Notes: generated from the sequence alone by a model not told the origin. Positions 1-9,330 are shown, numbered from the stretch's first letter. The stretch is 64,000 nucleotides of DNA from Algiphilus sp. (GCF_023145115.1 NZ_JAGLEJ010000002.1:26717-90716); one strand, 5' to 3'. Program-made: numbers and translations.

Positions 1-281
1 CCCGCCTCCAGTGCCTCGACCTTGGCCTGCCAGCCATCGCGCGCGGTAAGGATCAGTACCGGATAGCTCTTGTCCTCCGCGCGCAGCTTGCGGATGACAT
101 CGACACCGGAAATGTCCGGCAGTCCGAGGTCGACGATGGCGAGGTCGAGGGCGAACTCGCACGCCATCCAGCCGCCATCCTCGCCGTTGGCCGCCTTCTC
201 GACGGTATAGCCCTCGTTGCCGAGCAGCCCGGCGAGTTGGTCGAGCAGATCGCGCTCGTCCTCGATGATCAGCAGTCGCAT
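1..281 (-). CDS. Response regulator, receiver domain (N-terminal part only; gene runs off the left edge)
   Basis: The reverse complement of 1..281 reads MRLLIIEDERDLLDQLAGLLGNEGYTVEKAANGEDGGWMACEFALDLAIVDLGLPDISGVDVIRKLRAEDKSYPVLILTARDGWQAKVEALEA, a canonical CheY-like receiver (acidic DE pair, phospho-Asp in IVDLGLPD, LTAR). ATG at 279..281. It is absent from the ORF track because no stop lies in the window. Confidence 0.85.
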   Translation of the reverse strand, partial: MRLLIIEDERDLLDQLAGLLGNEGYTVEKAANGEDGGWMACEFALDLAIVDLGLPDISGVDVIRKLRAEDKSYPVLILTARDGWQAKVEALEA

Positions 282-310
282 TGTCGATGGCTCCCGGGTG
301 TTCTGGGGTC

Positions 311-679
311 TTATTGGGGCGATGCGGGGGCATCCGGTACCGACACGATGCGGACCTCCCCCTGCCGCAGCAGCTTGACGCGGTACTCCGACCCCGTCCA
401 CCCCACGGACAGCACCCGGCCGCCATGATCGCGCCGGGCACGCTCGGCCGCCTGCGCGCGATTCAGGAACCGCGGCTCGCGCGAACGGTGCATGGCGTCG
501 CCGATGCCGCCGCCCGCACGGCTTTCGCCGGCGTCCGGTATCAGCGTGCCCGGACGGGGCACGGTTTCCTTCAGGCGGTCGCCGAGCTGCGCGTGCGCCG
601 CGCCGGCCAGTCCGCAGCCGAGCAGTGCGGCCACAACCGCGGGCCAGGGCAGGCGGTGTTCGCGGACGGCACGCGTCAT
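311..679 (-). CDS. PepSY-domain-like secreted protein
   Basis: 122 aa with an N-terminal signal-like segment (LPWPAVVAALLGCGLAGAAHA). The C-terminal GGRVLSVGWTGSEYRVKLLRQGEVRIVSV resembles a PepSY fold. It overlaps the upstream gene by 4 nt and lies directly upstream of the response regulator, a common PepSY context. Confidence 0.55.
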   Translation of the reverse strand: MTRAVREHRLPWPAVVAALLGCGLAGAAHAQLGDRLKETVPRPGTLIPDAGESRAGGGIGDAMHRSREPRFLNRAQAAERARRDHGGRVLSVGWTGSEYRVKLLRQGEVRIVSVPDAPASPQ

Positions 680-1137
680 CGCGCCCCCGGCGAGCGATCC
701 GGCACGCTGATGGTCGCGCCCGGCTGCTCGGTCGTGCGTGTGCGCCAGAGCCGGCCGTCCTGCTCGTAGATGACGTCGTAACCGGCGACCTCGCGCGTGG
801 GCACGGCAACCTCGGCGACGCTGCAGCGCGTGCGCGGCCGGTCGAACTCGCGGCGCCCGATCTCGGAACCGATGACCGCTCCGGCCACCGTCGCGACCTT
901 GCGGCCCGTGCCGGATCCGATCGCGCTGCCGGCGAACCCGCCGGCCACGCCGCCCAGGATCTGTCCGCCGCGTCCGCCGAGGAAGTCGCTCCGACGGCGT
1001 TCGCAGACCTCGCGGAGCTCGGTCGTGCTGCCTTCCCGGTAGAACGGCCGCGTGTCCACCACCGGTGCGCGAACCTGGCCGAACGTCGCGGGAGCGATCG
1101 CGCCGAGGAGCAGCAGCAGTGTCAGGCGGTGGGGCAT
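676..1137 (-). CDS. Glycine-zipper (17 kDa-antigen-like) secreted/outer-membrane protein
   Basis: Signal peptide MPHRLTLLLLLGAIAPATFGQ. Glycine-zipper stretch GGRGGQILGGVAGGFAGSAIGSGTGRKVATVAGAVIGSEIG. GGAGA Shine-Dalgarno 7 nt upstream of the ATG at 1137. The track ORF (to 1179) probably over-extends the N-terminus. Confidence 0.65.
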   Translation of the reverse strand: MPHRLTLLLLLGAIAPATFGQVRAPVVDTRPFYREGSTTELREVCERRRSDFLGGRGGQILGGVAGGFAGSAIGSGTGRKVATVAGAVIGSEIGRREFDRPRTRCSVAEVAVPTREVAGYDVIYEQDGRLWRTRTTEQPGATISVPDRSPGAR

Positions 1138-1235
1138 GGCAGTTCTCCGTTGATAGCCCGATACCCTATCGCGAAGCAATGAATATGCCCTTAACTGTCT
1201 GACCGGCGGCCAAGGCGGCAGGCGAGGCGGGTGTG

Positions 1236-1871
1236 TCAGATCGCGCGGGCGCGCTCGACCAGGTCACTGCTCTTGGCATAGGCACGGAACAGCGTGCGGG
1301 CCAGCACGCTCAGCATGGTGTTGACCTCGCTGTGCTCCTGGTGACGGAGCGGCAGGATGATGGCTTCCACCAGCGCCATGATCGCGGACGCCATTTCCTC
1401 CAGGTCATCCTGGTAGTCGAAGTGGCCGCGCGCGACGCCCTCGCGCAGCGTCTCCACGATGACCTCCCGCGACGTGCACTCGAATGCGCGCTGGGCCTCG
1501 TCCACGCGCGGCGAGGTGGAGCGCATCGGCGTCAGCCAGTATCCCGCCACGCCGGTCTGCACGCGCGGGTCCGCGAGCATGTTGCCGAGGCCGTTGAACA
1601 GCATGAGGATGCGGGTCACCGGGTCACCGCATGCGCGCATGCGATCGAAGATGTGCTCGTTGAAGATCGCGTGCAGCCGCATCAGGCAGTCCAGGTACAG
1701 TGCCTCCTTGCCCGGGAAGTGCCAGTAGAGCGCGCCCTTCGACAGTTTGGCGTGTCCCGCGATCTCGCCGATGGACACGCCTTCGTAGCCGTGCCGCCCG
1801 AAGAGCGTGAACGCGTGATCACGGATCGCCTGCAGGGTCGCGGACGGTTGCTGGGAAGCTTTGCGCGGCAT
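1236..1871 (-). CDS. TetR/AcrR family transcriptional regulator
   Basis: 211 aa. The N-terminal HTH LQAIRDHAFTLFGRHGYEGVSIGEIAGHAKLSKGALYWHFPGKEALY is the TetR_N signature. Confidence 0.9.
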   Translation of the reverse strand: MPRKASQQPSATLQAIRDHAFTLFGRHGYEGVSIGEIAGHAKLSKGALYWHFPGKEALYLDCLMRLHAIFNEHIFDRMRACGDPVTRILMLFNGLGNMLADPRVQTGVAGYWLTPMRSTSPRVDEAQRAFECTSREVIVETLREGVARGHFDYQDDLEEMASAIMALVEAIILPLRHQEHSEVNTMLSVLARTLFRAYAKSSDLVERARAI

Positions 1872-1932
1872 GGTTTCGATGTCCCCCTACGGTGGATGGT
1901 AACGCGCCCGAGCAGGGCTTCGCCGCCGAATG

Positions 1933-1995
1933 TGGCCGTTTTGCACATCAACGGCCATCGGGCGGGTCGGGATGCGCGCATTGATGCGATCAATG
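1933..1995. promoter_or_regulatory. Two palindromes in the tetR / downstream-gene divergent intergenic region (candidate TetR operators)
   Basis: TGGCCGTT-N9-AACGGCCA at 1933..1957 and CATTGAT-GCG-ATCAATG at 1979..1995. Both share the half-site ATCAAYGGCCA. They lie between divergently oriented genes. Confidence 0.3.
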
Positions 1996-2096
1996 GCCAC
2001 CGTGGGTGCGCCGGGTCGCGGCGACCGTGCGCTCGCTCACGAAATCGGATCGCATTGTCACTGACTGCGTGCCCGTTCTGTCGATATGATGCAGGC

Positions 2097-2456
2097 ATGA
2101 GAGACCGTTCATCCTCGTGGCGCTCGATCCGGCTGTCCGCGCGCGCCCTGTGCGTTCCGGTCGTTGCCCTGGCGGCGGCGGGCGTGGTGCTGCCCGCGAA
2201 TGCCGAGGACCCGGAATGGGTGCCGCTGGACAGCAGCGGCACGATGGACCGCGCGCAACTGGTGGAGCGCTGGCAGCTCCTGGTGTGGTCCGACTCGCGA
2301 CGTCCCATCCCGGGGCAGGCGAGTGCGCTGGGGGCGGCGAGCGCGCGCGTGGTTTACGGGGCTCTGGCGGGCGGCTTCAATGCCGGCCAGGATATTGCCC
2401 GGCCGGTCCGAGACGACGATGCCACCGATCCGGCGAGCGGTTCCGGGGAACCATGA
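2097..2456 (+). CDS. Hypothetical small secreted protein
   Basis: In-frame ATG at 2097 within track ORF 1233..2456. MRDRSSSWRSIRLSARALCVPVVALAAAGVVLPANAEDPEW looks like a signal peptide. No recognisable family, and in GC-rich DNA it could be spurious. Confidence 0.35.
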   Translation: MRDRSSSWRSIRLSARALCVPVVALAAAGVVLPANAEDPEWVPLDSSGTMDRAQLVERWQLLVWSDSRRPIPGQASALGAASARVVYGALAGGFNAGQDIARPVRDDDATDPASGSGEP

Positions 2457-2678
2457 GCGTCCGCGTCGCCGGTGCACCGAAATGGGTCGGCGAGCGCGCC
2501 GCTCGTTCAGCGCGGCGCAAGCCACGATCGTGCGCCATGCCGTCCGGGCACGAATCGTGCTTGAACGTGCTTAAAAATTGTTACATTGCGGTTGTAATCA
2601 ATCCGTCATCAGCCGGTGCACTGCGTTGACAGTGCGTGCGCGGTGTTCGACAATCATCTGATCATAACGGGAGTTGTC

Positions 2679-3137
2679 ATGAAAAAAGTGATCACGGCCG
2701 CGTCTGTTGCGGTTCTGGCAGCCACGGTTCCGGCGTTGACCTATACCTCGACGGCTGTCGCCCAGGAACAGGCCGCCCCGGACGCCAAGCCGCTGACCAA
2801 TTCGCAGGCCGAGAGCGTGAGCAAGGAGCTCGGTTATGACAACGTCGACGAGGCCGTCGCTGCCGGCGATCTCGTGGCGGTCGATGGTGGCTATGCGCTG
2901 ACGTCCTCGGGCGTTGCCGCCGCCAAGAAGACCGGCCTCCTGGTGTCCCCCGTCGCGCTCCCGGCGACCATCGGGACCGCCGTGGCCATCGTCGGCATCG
3001 GCCTCGTGGCCATCATCGACGACGATGATGCCGACGCCGCCGCCGCGCCCGGCGACGACGACGACGATGACGACGATGACGACGACGATACGACGACCAC
3101 CACGACGTCGACTTCGACGTCCTCCAGCACGCAGTAG
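2679..3137 (+). CDS. Signal-peptide/TM protein with poly-Asp and Thr/Ser tail (in the GfcA/YjbE position of a gfc-like operon)
   Basis: ATG 2679 preceded by GGGAG. MKKVITAASVAVLAATVPALTYTSTAVAQE is a signal peptide. Hydrophobic segment LLVSPVALPATIGTAVAIVGIGLVAII, then DDDDADAAAAPGDDDDDDDDDDDDTTTTTTSTSTSSSTQ. Followed by a strong terminator. Confidence 0.7.
   Translation: MKKVITAASVAVLAATVPALTYTSTAVAQEQAAPDAKPLTNSQAESVSKELGYDNVDEAVAAGDLVAVDGGYALTSSGVAAAKKTGLLVSPVALPATIGTAVAIVGIGLVAIIDDDDADAAAAPGDDDDDDDDDDDDTTTTTTSTSTSSSTQ
3054..3131 (+). repeat. In-frame triplet tract: (GAY)12 followed by an (ACS/TCS)13 run
   Basis: gacgacgacgacgatgacgacgatgacgacgacgat at 3054..3089 encodes D12. It is followed by acgacgaccaccacgacgtcgacttcgacgtcctccagcacg, encoding T6STSTSSST. 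Confidence 0.9.
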
Positions 3138-3168
3138 CGCGTCGGTCTCGTTTCCGATGTTCGAAAAA

Positions 3169-3192
3169 GGGCGGCACTGCCGCCCTTTTTTT
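3169..3192 (+). terminator. Rho-independent terminator / attenuator after the acidic-tail gene
   Basis: GGGCGGC-ACT-GCCGCCC stem-loop followed by TTTTTTT. Confidence 0.75.
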
Positions 3193-3222
3193 GATTCCGG
3201 CGCCCGTTCCGTGAACCCGGCC

Positions 3223-4023
3223 ATGAAACCGGGGCGTACGTCCAGTCCGCGTCCCGTCGCGCGGCTCGCGCTGGGGCTGACGGTCATGCTGGCGTGCGGC
3301 AACGCGGTCGCTTCGGCATGCGACGGCGCGGTCCTGCAGTCACACTTCGCCTCCGGTGCCGTGCACCTCGTCGGTGCGGTTGCCGAGCCGGGTGCGGTAG
3401 TGCCCGACAATGGTGCGCGCGCCAGCGACGTGATCGCGCAGGCGGGCGGGCTGGTCGAAGGCGCATTTCCGCTCGGTGCGGTGCTGCTGCGACCGTCTGC
3501 CGGCATGGCCGCCGGTGCCGGGCGTGGCATGGCGCAGGCATCCACGGCCACCCAGATCGCGATGGGGGCGTCCGGGTCGGATGCGATCCTCGACGCAGCG
3601 CGCGACGCCCTGGCGGCGGATGGCTGCCTGATGCGGGTGCCGGTGGCTGTCGACGCCGTCACGCGCATGCGCGACCCCGACGCCGACGCCGTCCTGCAGG
3701 GCGGCGATATCGTGTTCGTGCCGTATCGCGCCGGCAGCGTGGCGGTTGTCGGTGCGGTCGCCGAGCCCGGGTTGGTCGATTTCGAGCCGGGTGCCACGGT
3801 GGCTGCCTATATCGAGCAGGCCGGTGGCTGGGCGAGCGGCGCGCATCGCGGCGAGGTGACGGTGTATCTGCCGCAGGGCAGCGCGCGCCCGCTGCACCCG
3901 AATCCGTGGCACTACCAGCCCGAGAATGTCCCGCCCGGATCGGTGATCCGCGTTCCCGGTGACGGAGCGCCGTCGCCCGGCGTGATCCCGGCGGGCGCGT
4001 CGGCGCACGGCGCAGAAGACTGA
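3223..4023 (+). CDS. GfcC/YjbG-like capsule biosynthesis periplasmic protein
   Basis: Signal/lipobox-like N-terminus (LALGLTVMLACGNAVASAC). Two repeats of a soluble-ligand-binding beta-grasp-like motif (VHLVGAVAEPGAVVPDNGARASDVIAQAGG and VAVVGAVAEPGLVDFEPGATVAAYIEQAGG). Lies immediately upstream of YjbH- and YjbF-like genes. Confidence 0.55.
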   Translation: MKPGRTSSPRPVARLALGLTVMLACGNAVASACDGAVLQSHFASGAVHLVGAVAEPGAVVPDNGARASDVIAQAGGLVEGAFPLGAVLLRPSAGMAAGAGRGMAQASTATQIAMGASGSDAILDAARDALAADGCLMRVPVAVDAVTRMRDPDADAVLQGGDIVFVPYRAGSVAVVGAVAEPGLVDFEPGATVAAYIEQAGGWASGAHRGEVTVYLPQGSARPLHPNPWHYQPENVPPGSVIRVPGDGAPSPGVIPAGASAHGAED

Positions 4024-4052
4024 TCGCGCTCGCATGCGCGTTCCCCCTCGCG

Positions 4053-6251
4053 ATGATGCTGCCGACGCGCGCTGACCGGTGCCGCGCGGTCTCTGCGCTC
4101 GCCGTGCTGGCGGGCTGTGCCGGCATGCTGGCGAGCGCGCTCGCAGCGGCCCAGCCCGCGCACTGGGTCAATCAGTACGGGCAGGTCGGGCTCATGCAGA
4201 CGCCGACCGCGCGCAGCCTGGGCAAGGGCGCGCTGGGGACCGGTATCGGGCTGTTCTCGCCCTACCGCACGGTCTTCATGCACGTGCAGCCGCTGGACTG
4301 GATCCAGGGCAACATCCGCTACTTCGACATCAGCAACCGCGACTACAGCTACGTCGCGGGACGGCCGCCGGACGAGAACCCGCAGTCGGTGTCCCGCCGC
4401 TTCACCGACAAGGGCGTGGACCTGCAGATCCGCCTGTGGAAGGAGTCGCGCTGGCTGCCCGCGGTCTCGCTCGGTCTCATGGACATCGCCGGCACCGGAT
4501 TGCTCGGCTCCGAGTACATCGTGGCCAGCCGTCGTTATCACGACTTCGATGTCCACTTCGGTGTCGGCTGGGGGCGCCTGGGCAGCGGCGATGACATCGA
4601 CAATCCCTTCGGGATGTTCGCCGACCGCTTCGACGAGCGGCCGGCCGCGGGTTCCGGCCTCGGCGGACAGCTGGAACCGCAGACCTACTTTCGCGGCGCC
4701 ACCGCCTTCTTCGGCGGCATCGTCTGGACGCCGGGCGGCGGGCCGCTGTCGCTGTTCGCCGAGGTAGAGGGCAACGACTACCAGTCGGAGCCGCTGGACA
4801 ACCCCCAGGATGTCGATTCGCGGGTCAACATCGGGGCCAGCTATCGCCTGTTCGATGCCATCGACATCGGCGTCGGCTGGCAGCGCGGGAACGAGTTCGC
4901 CGCGCAGGTCTCGATGGCCGGCAATCTCGAATACGACGCCGGGCCGGAGAACGTCCTGCAGTCCATGCCGGCACCGGTGCCGGCCTACCCCAGCATGATG
5001 CGCGCGCCCATCGACAATCCGCTGGACCACGCGGTGGTGGAGCGCATCCGGCGCGACATGCGGCGGCAGGGGCTGCGCCTGCACGCCCTCGATGCCGACG
5101 CCGATGACAGCGTGCTCACCGCCTGGTACAGCCAGACGCTGGGCCACAGCATTCCGCAGGCGGCCGGGCGTGCGGCACGCGCGGTCCTGCGCAACGCCGG
5201 GGTGACCTACGATCGCTTCGTGATGGTGGAGATGGTCGGCGGCACCGAGGCGGTGCGCGTCACGATGCCTAGCGAGGCCTTCCATCGCGCCGCCGGCGGT
5301 GACTGGACCGCCGCCGAGTTCGCCGAGTTCGTCCGCGTGCTGCCCACCAGCGCGCGCGGCTATCGCGGGGCGGCCTATCGTGACCTGCTGCGCTATCCGA
5401 GCCTCAGCACCGCGTTCAATCCGCAGTTCCGCTCCAACATCGGCGGGCCGGATGCCTTCGTGGTCGGCCAGATACTCGCCCGTCTCTCGGCGACCGTGCA
5501 GCTCACGCCGGGCTGGAGCGTGTCCGGCGCGCTGGGCGTGAACGTTGCCGACAACATCGGCAACCGCCTCCAGCAGCGCTTCCCCAGCGGCCTGCCGCCG
5601 GTGCGGAGCAACGTCGGCGACTACCTGCGCGAGGGCAAGGACTTCTACCTGGCGCAGCTGGAGACCAACTACCTGTTCCCGATCGTCAGCGATGTCTACG
5701 GCCGGGTGTCGGCCGGCATCTTCGAGGAGATGTTCGGCGGCGTCGCCGGCGAAGTCCTGTACCGGCCGTCCGGCGCACGATGGGCCCTGGGGGCCGATGT
5801 CGCACGCGTGCGACAGCGTGATTTCGAGCAGCGTTTCGGTTTCCAGGACTACGAGGTGACCACGGGGCATCTCACCTACTATCACGAGCTGCCCTGGCAG
5901 GATCTGCGCGTGGTGCTCAGTGCCGGCCGCTATCTCGCCGGGGATATCGGTGGCACGCTCGACATCTCCCGCGAGTTCGCCAGCGGCGTGCGCTTCGGGG
6001 TCTTCGCCACCCGTACCGACGCCTCCACGGAGGAGTTCGGCGAGGGATCCTTCGACAAGGGCTTTTATCTGTCCATTCCCATCGGCCTGTTCAGCCCCGC
6101 GGGCGGACGCGGCGAGGCCGAGTTCCTCTACCGGCCGCTGACGCGCGACGGCGGCCAGAAGGTGCGCGCCGGCCGTGCGCTCTACGACGCGCTGGATCTG
6201 AGCACGTCGCGCAGCGTCTATCAGGGCAGCGCCCGGGACTGGCTGCGATGA
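4053..6251 (+). CDS. YjbH/GfcD family exopolysaccharide outer-membrane protein
   Basis: 732 aa. After the signal peptide comes NQYGQVGLMQTPTARSLGKGALGTGIGLFSPYRTVFMHVQPLDWIQGNIRYFDISNRDYS, the characteristic YjbH N-terminal signature. Size is typical of the family. Confidence 0.85.
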   Translation: MMLPTRADRCRAVSALAVLAGCAGMLASALAAAQPAHWVNQYGQVGLMQTPTARSLGKGALGTGIGLFSPYRTVFMHVQPLDWIQGNIRYFDISNRDYSYVAGRPPDENPQSVSRRFTDKGVDLQIRLWKESRWLPAVSLGLMDIAGTGLLGSEYIVASRRYHDFDVHFGVGWGRLGSGDDIDNPFGMFADRFDERPAAGSGLGGQLEPQTYFRGATAFFGGIVWTPGGGPLSLFAEVEGNDYQSEPLDNPQDVDSRVNIGASYRLFDAIDIGVGWQRGNEFAAQVSMAGNLEYDAGPENVLQSMPAPVPAYPSMMRAPIDNPLDHAVVERIRRDMRRQGLRLHALDADADDSVLTAWYSQTLGHSIPQAAGRAARAVLRNAGVTYDRFVMVEMVGGTEAVRVTMPSEAFHRAAGGDWTAAEFAEFVRVLPTSARGYRGAAYRDLLRYPSLSTAFNPQFRSNIGGPDAFVVGQILARLSATVQLTPGWSVSGALGVNVADNIGNRLQQRFPSGLPPVRSNVGDYLREGKDFYLAQLETNYLFPIVSDVYGRVSAGIFEEMFGGVAGEVLYRPSGARWALGADVARVRQRDFEQRFGFQDYEVTTGHLTYYHELPWQDLRVVLSAGRYLAGDIGGTLDISREFASGVRFGVFATRTDASTEEFGEGSFDKGFYLSIPIGLFSPAGGRGEAEFLYRPLTRDGGQKVRAGRALYDALDLSTSRSVYQGSARDWLR

Positions 6252-7003
6252 CGGTACAGCGTCTTCTCGTCCTTGCCGCGGCCCTCGCGCTCGGCGCCTG
6301 CGGTGTCTCCACGCCGGTCAGGGATCTAGAGCGCGCGGTCGAGACCACGCCGCGCGAGCGCGATGCCGAAGCCGTCTCGACCACGCTCGAGGCCATACCC
6401 CTGCCGTACTCGCAGATGGCCGTGAGCATCGACGGCGGGCCGCCCGGCCGCATGGCCCTCGCCCGGATCGTGGACGGTGTTCAGGAATGGGTCGCCTTCG
6501 ACGGTCGGACCCTGTGGCTGAGGGGCGGACGCGTCGTCGGCACCGAGGGCTTCCGGACCGATCTGCTGCGCGCCGTCGATGTGCTGCCGCCGGTCGAGCC
6601 GGTGCCGGTTGCCCGCGGAACCACCTCGCAGCGCAGCGGCGCCATCTACGCGGAAGGTGCCGATCGCCGGCTCGGCGGCATCTACACGCTGACGCTGGCG
6701 CGCGAGGGGGGCACGCGGCCGGTCCTCATGGGCAAGGACATCGTGGACCTGGTGCAGGTGACCGAGCGCGTGTCGCGCGGGGACGAGGCCATCGCCGAGA
6801 ACCGGTACTGGGTCGATCCCGCCTCCGGCACGGTGGAGATATCGCGCCAGCGCATTGCGGGAACGCGGCACACCGTCATCATGCAGCGCCTCTATCCGGA
6901 CTACGAGAAGGCCCTGCGCGAGCGCCGCCGGCGCAGCCGGGAGGGCGCGGCGCCGGTCGCCGACGATGCCGCCGAGGCGCCGGTGGCCGCGGAGCAGGAC
7001 TGA
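6248..7003 (+). CDS. YjbF/GfcB family lipoprotein
   Basis: Lipobox LALGAC, about 250 aa. ATGA overlap with yjbH-like. Family assignment rests on size, lipoprotein signal and operon context. Confidence 0.65.
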   Translation: MTVQRLLVLAAALALGACGVSTPVRDLERAVETTPRERDAEAVSTTLEAIPLPYSQMAVSIDGGPPGRMALARIVDGVQEWVAFDGRTLWLRGGRVVGTEGFRTDLLRAVDVLPPVEPVPVARGTTSQRSGAIYAEGADRRLGGIYTLTLAREGGTRPVLMGKDIVDLVQVTERVSRGDEAIAENRYWVDPASGTVEISRQRIAGTRHTVIMQRLYPDYEKALRERRRRSREGAAPVADDAAEAPVAAEQD

Positions 7004-7013
7004 TCGCGTGCGG

Positions 7014-7904
7014 TCAGTCGCTGGCGGGCAGCCAGAAGCGCTCGTCGTCGCGCATCAGCGCGTGCTCCAGGCGCTCCCGCCAGCTCGGCGGGCAGCCCAG
7101 CAGATCGCGCGCGGCGCGGCAGTCGAGCACGCTGTAGGGCGGTCGGTGCGCCGGGGTCGGGAAGTCCTCGGTGAAGATGGGCACCACCTCGCCCGGATCG
7201 AGGTGCCGCCACCGCCGCTGCATGATCGCGCGCACGGCGTCGGCGAGATCGAACCACGACGCGGCGCCCGCGTCGCTCCAGTGCAGGATCCGGCCGCCGG
7301 TCTCGGGGTGTTCGCACAGGGCCAGCAGGGCGCCGGCCAGTCCGGCAGTGTGCGTGGGTGCGCCGATCTGGTCACTGACCACCGTGACTTCGTCGCGCTC
7401 GGCGATCAGGCGCAGCATCGTGCGCACGAAATTGTGGCCGCCGGGGCCGTAGACCCACGAGGTGCGCACGACGGTGGCGTGCTCGCCGGCCGCTTCCATC
7501 ACCGCCCGCTCGCCGTCGCGCTTGGTGCGGCCGTAGACGCCCAGCGGGTTCGTCCCGGCGTCGGGTGCGTAGGGCGTCCACGCGCGGCCATCGAAGACGA
7601 AGTCCGTGGACACGTGCAGCATTCGGGCCCCGACGGCGGCGGCGGCCTGCGCCAGATGGCGCGCACCATCGACGTTGATCGCATGCGCGGCCTCCGGCTC
7701 CGATTCGGCGCGGTCGACGGCGGTGTAGGCGGCGGCGTTGATGATGATGTCGGGCCGCAGGCCGGTGACGGCCTCGCGCACGGCACCGGCATCAGTGATG
7801 TCGAGGCGGGTCCGGTCGGCGGCGTGCAGATCGCATCCGTCGGCGCCGATCCGGGCGATCATGCCCCCGAGCTGACCGCCGGCGCCGACCAGCAGCACGC
7901 GCAT
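7014..7904 (-). CDS. rfbD: dTDP-4-dehydrorhamnose reductase
   Basis: [13 protein letters not shown] Rossmann motif, then ...AAYTAVDRAESEPEAAHAINVDGARHLA...STDFVFDG...PLGVYGRTKRDGE (YxxxK). The start overlaps the rfbC stop (TGATG). Confidence 0.9.
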   Translation of the reverse strand: MRVLLVGAGGQLGGMIARIGADGCDLHAADRTRLDITDAGAVREAVTGLRPDIIINAAAYTAVDRAESEPEAAHAINVDGARHLAQAAAAVGARMLHVSTDFVFDGRAWTPYAPDAGTNPLGVYGRTKRDGERAVMEAAGEHATVVRTSWVYGPGGHNFVRTMLRLIAERDEVTVVSDQIGAPTHTAGLAGALLALCEHPETGGRILHWSDAGAASWFDLADAVRAIMQRRWRHLDPGEVVPIFTEDFPTPAHRPPYSVLDCRAARDLLGCPPSWRERLEHALMRDDERFWLPASD

Positions 7905-8452
7905 CAGTCGAAGACCTCGGCGTCGCGCAGCATGGGCGCGGCTGCGTCCTTGGCCGACAGCGCGGGCGCCTCGTCCAGCGGCCAGTCGATGCCGATGTCG
8001 GGGTCGTCCCAGCGGATGCCGCGCTCGCCGTCGGGGTCGTAGCGGTCGGTCACCTTGTAGAGCACGTCCGCCGATGCGCTGAGCACCACGAAGGCATGCG
8101 CGAAGCCCGCGGGGACCCACAGCTGCAGGCGGTTGTCCGCGGACAGGTGCCGGCCGGTCCAGCGGCCGAAGTTGGGCGAGCCGCGACGGATATCCACGGC
8201 AACGTCGAAGATGGCGCCGCTCAGCACGCGCACCAGCTTGCCCTGCGGATGGGCGCCGATCTGGTAGTGCAGCCCGCGCAGCACGCCCTGCGACGAGCGC
8301 GACTGGTTGTCCTGGATGAAATCGTCGGTGACGCCGGTGAGCTCGCGGAAGGCGCTGCGCTTGAAGGCCTCCATGAAATGGCCGCGGGCGTCGCCGTGCA
8401 CGGTCGGCTCGATCAGGCAGACCTCGGGGAGTTCGGTATCGTGGCGCTTCAC
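7904..8452 (-). CDS. rfbC: dTDP-4-dehydrorhamnose 3,5-epimerase
   Basis: [31 protein letters not shown]...GVLRGLHYQ...[27 protein letters not shown]...[11 protein letters not shown] is the RmlC signature. GTG start overlaps the rfbA stop (GTGA). Confidence 0.9.
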   Translation of the reverse strand: MKRHDTELPEVCLIEPTVHGDARGHFMEAFKRSAFRELTGVTDDFIQDNQSRSSQGVLRGLHYQIGAHPQGKLVRVLSGAIFDVAVDIRRGSPNFGRWTGRHLSADNRLQLWVPAGFAHAFVVLSASADVLYKVTDRYDPDGERGIRWDDPDIGIDWPLDEAPALSAKDAAAPMLRDAEVFD

Positions 8453-9330
8453 GGGCCGTCGCGTCCTTCGTCGGCGATGCGCTCGAGGTAGGCGCCGTAG
8501 CCGCTCTTGCGCAGCGGTGCCGCCAGCGCGCGCAGGGCATCGACGTCGATGAAGCCGCAGCGGAAGGCGACCTCCTCGGGGCTCGCGATCTTGAGGCCCT
8601 GGCGCTTCTCGAGGGTGTGGATGAAGTTGCCCGCCTCCATCAGCGAGTCGTGGGTTCCGGTATCGAGCCAGGCGCTGCCGCGGCCCATGCGCTCGACATG
8701 CAGGGAGCCCATCTGCAGATAGAGGCGGTTGAGATCGGTGATCTCCAGCTCGCCGCGCTCCGACGGCTGCACCTTCCGGGCGAGTTCGGTGACCTGTCGG
8801 TCGTAGAAGTACAGGCCGGTGACCGCGTAGCGCGATTTCGGCTGCCGCGGCTTCTCTTCGATGCCCAGCGCGCGATGATCGGCGTCGAATTCCACCACGC
8901 CGTAACGGTGCGGATCCTTGACGGGGTAGGCGAATATGGTGGCGCCGTGCTCGCGCGCGGCGGCGTTGCGCAGCGACAGCACGAGGTCGTGGCCGAAGAA
9001 GATGTTGTCGCCAAGGACCAGGGCGCAGCGGTCGTCGCCGATGAAGTCGGCGCCCAGCACGAAGGCTTCGGCCAGTCCGTTGGGCGCGTCCTGCACGCAG
9101 TACTCGATGCGGATGCCCCACTGCCCGCCGTCGCCGAGCAGGTGCTCGAAGCGCGGCGTGTCCTGCGGCGTGGAGATGACCAGGAACTCCCGTATGCCCG
9201 CCAGCATGAGCGTGGTCAACGGGTAGTAGATCATCGGCTTGTCGTAGACCGGGATCAGCTGCTTGGACACCGCCAGCGTCGACGGGTACAGCCGCGTGCC
9301 GCTGCCGCCGGCCAGGATGATGCCCTTCAT
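8449..9330 (-). CDS. rfbA: Glucose-1-phosphate thymidylyltransferase
   Basis: [55 protein letters not shown] is near-canonical RmlA. Confidence 0.95.
   Translation of the reverse strand: MKGIILAGGSGTRLYPSTLAVSKQLIPVYDKPMIYYPLTTLMLAGIREFLVISTPQDTPRFEHLLGDGGQWGIRIEYCVQDAPNGLAEAFVLGADFIGDDRCALVLGDNIFFGHDLVLSLRNAAAREHGATIFAYPVKDPHRYGVVEFDADHRALGIEEKPRQPKSRYAVTGLYFYDRQVTELARKVQPSERGELEITDLNRLYLQMGSLHVERMGRGSAWLDTGTHDSLMEAGNFIHTLEKRQGLKIASPEEVAFRCGFIDVDALRALAAPLRKSGYGAYLERIADEGRDGP

Noticed and set aside
3912-5885. 657-aa ORF on the minus strand
   Set aside because: It is antisense to the YjbH-family gene. No motifs, Arg/Ala/Gly-rich.
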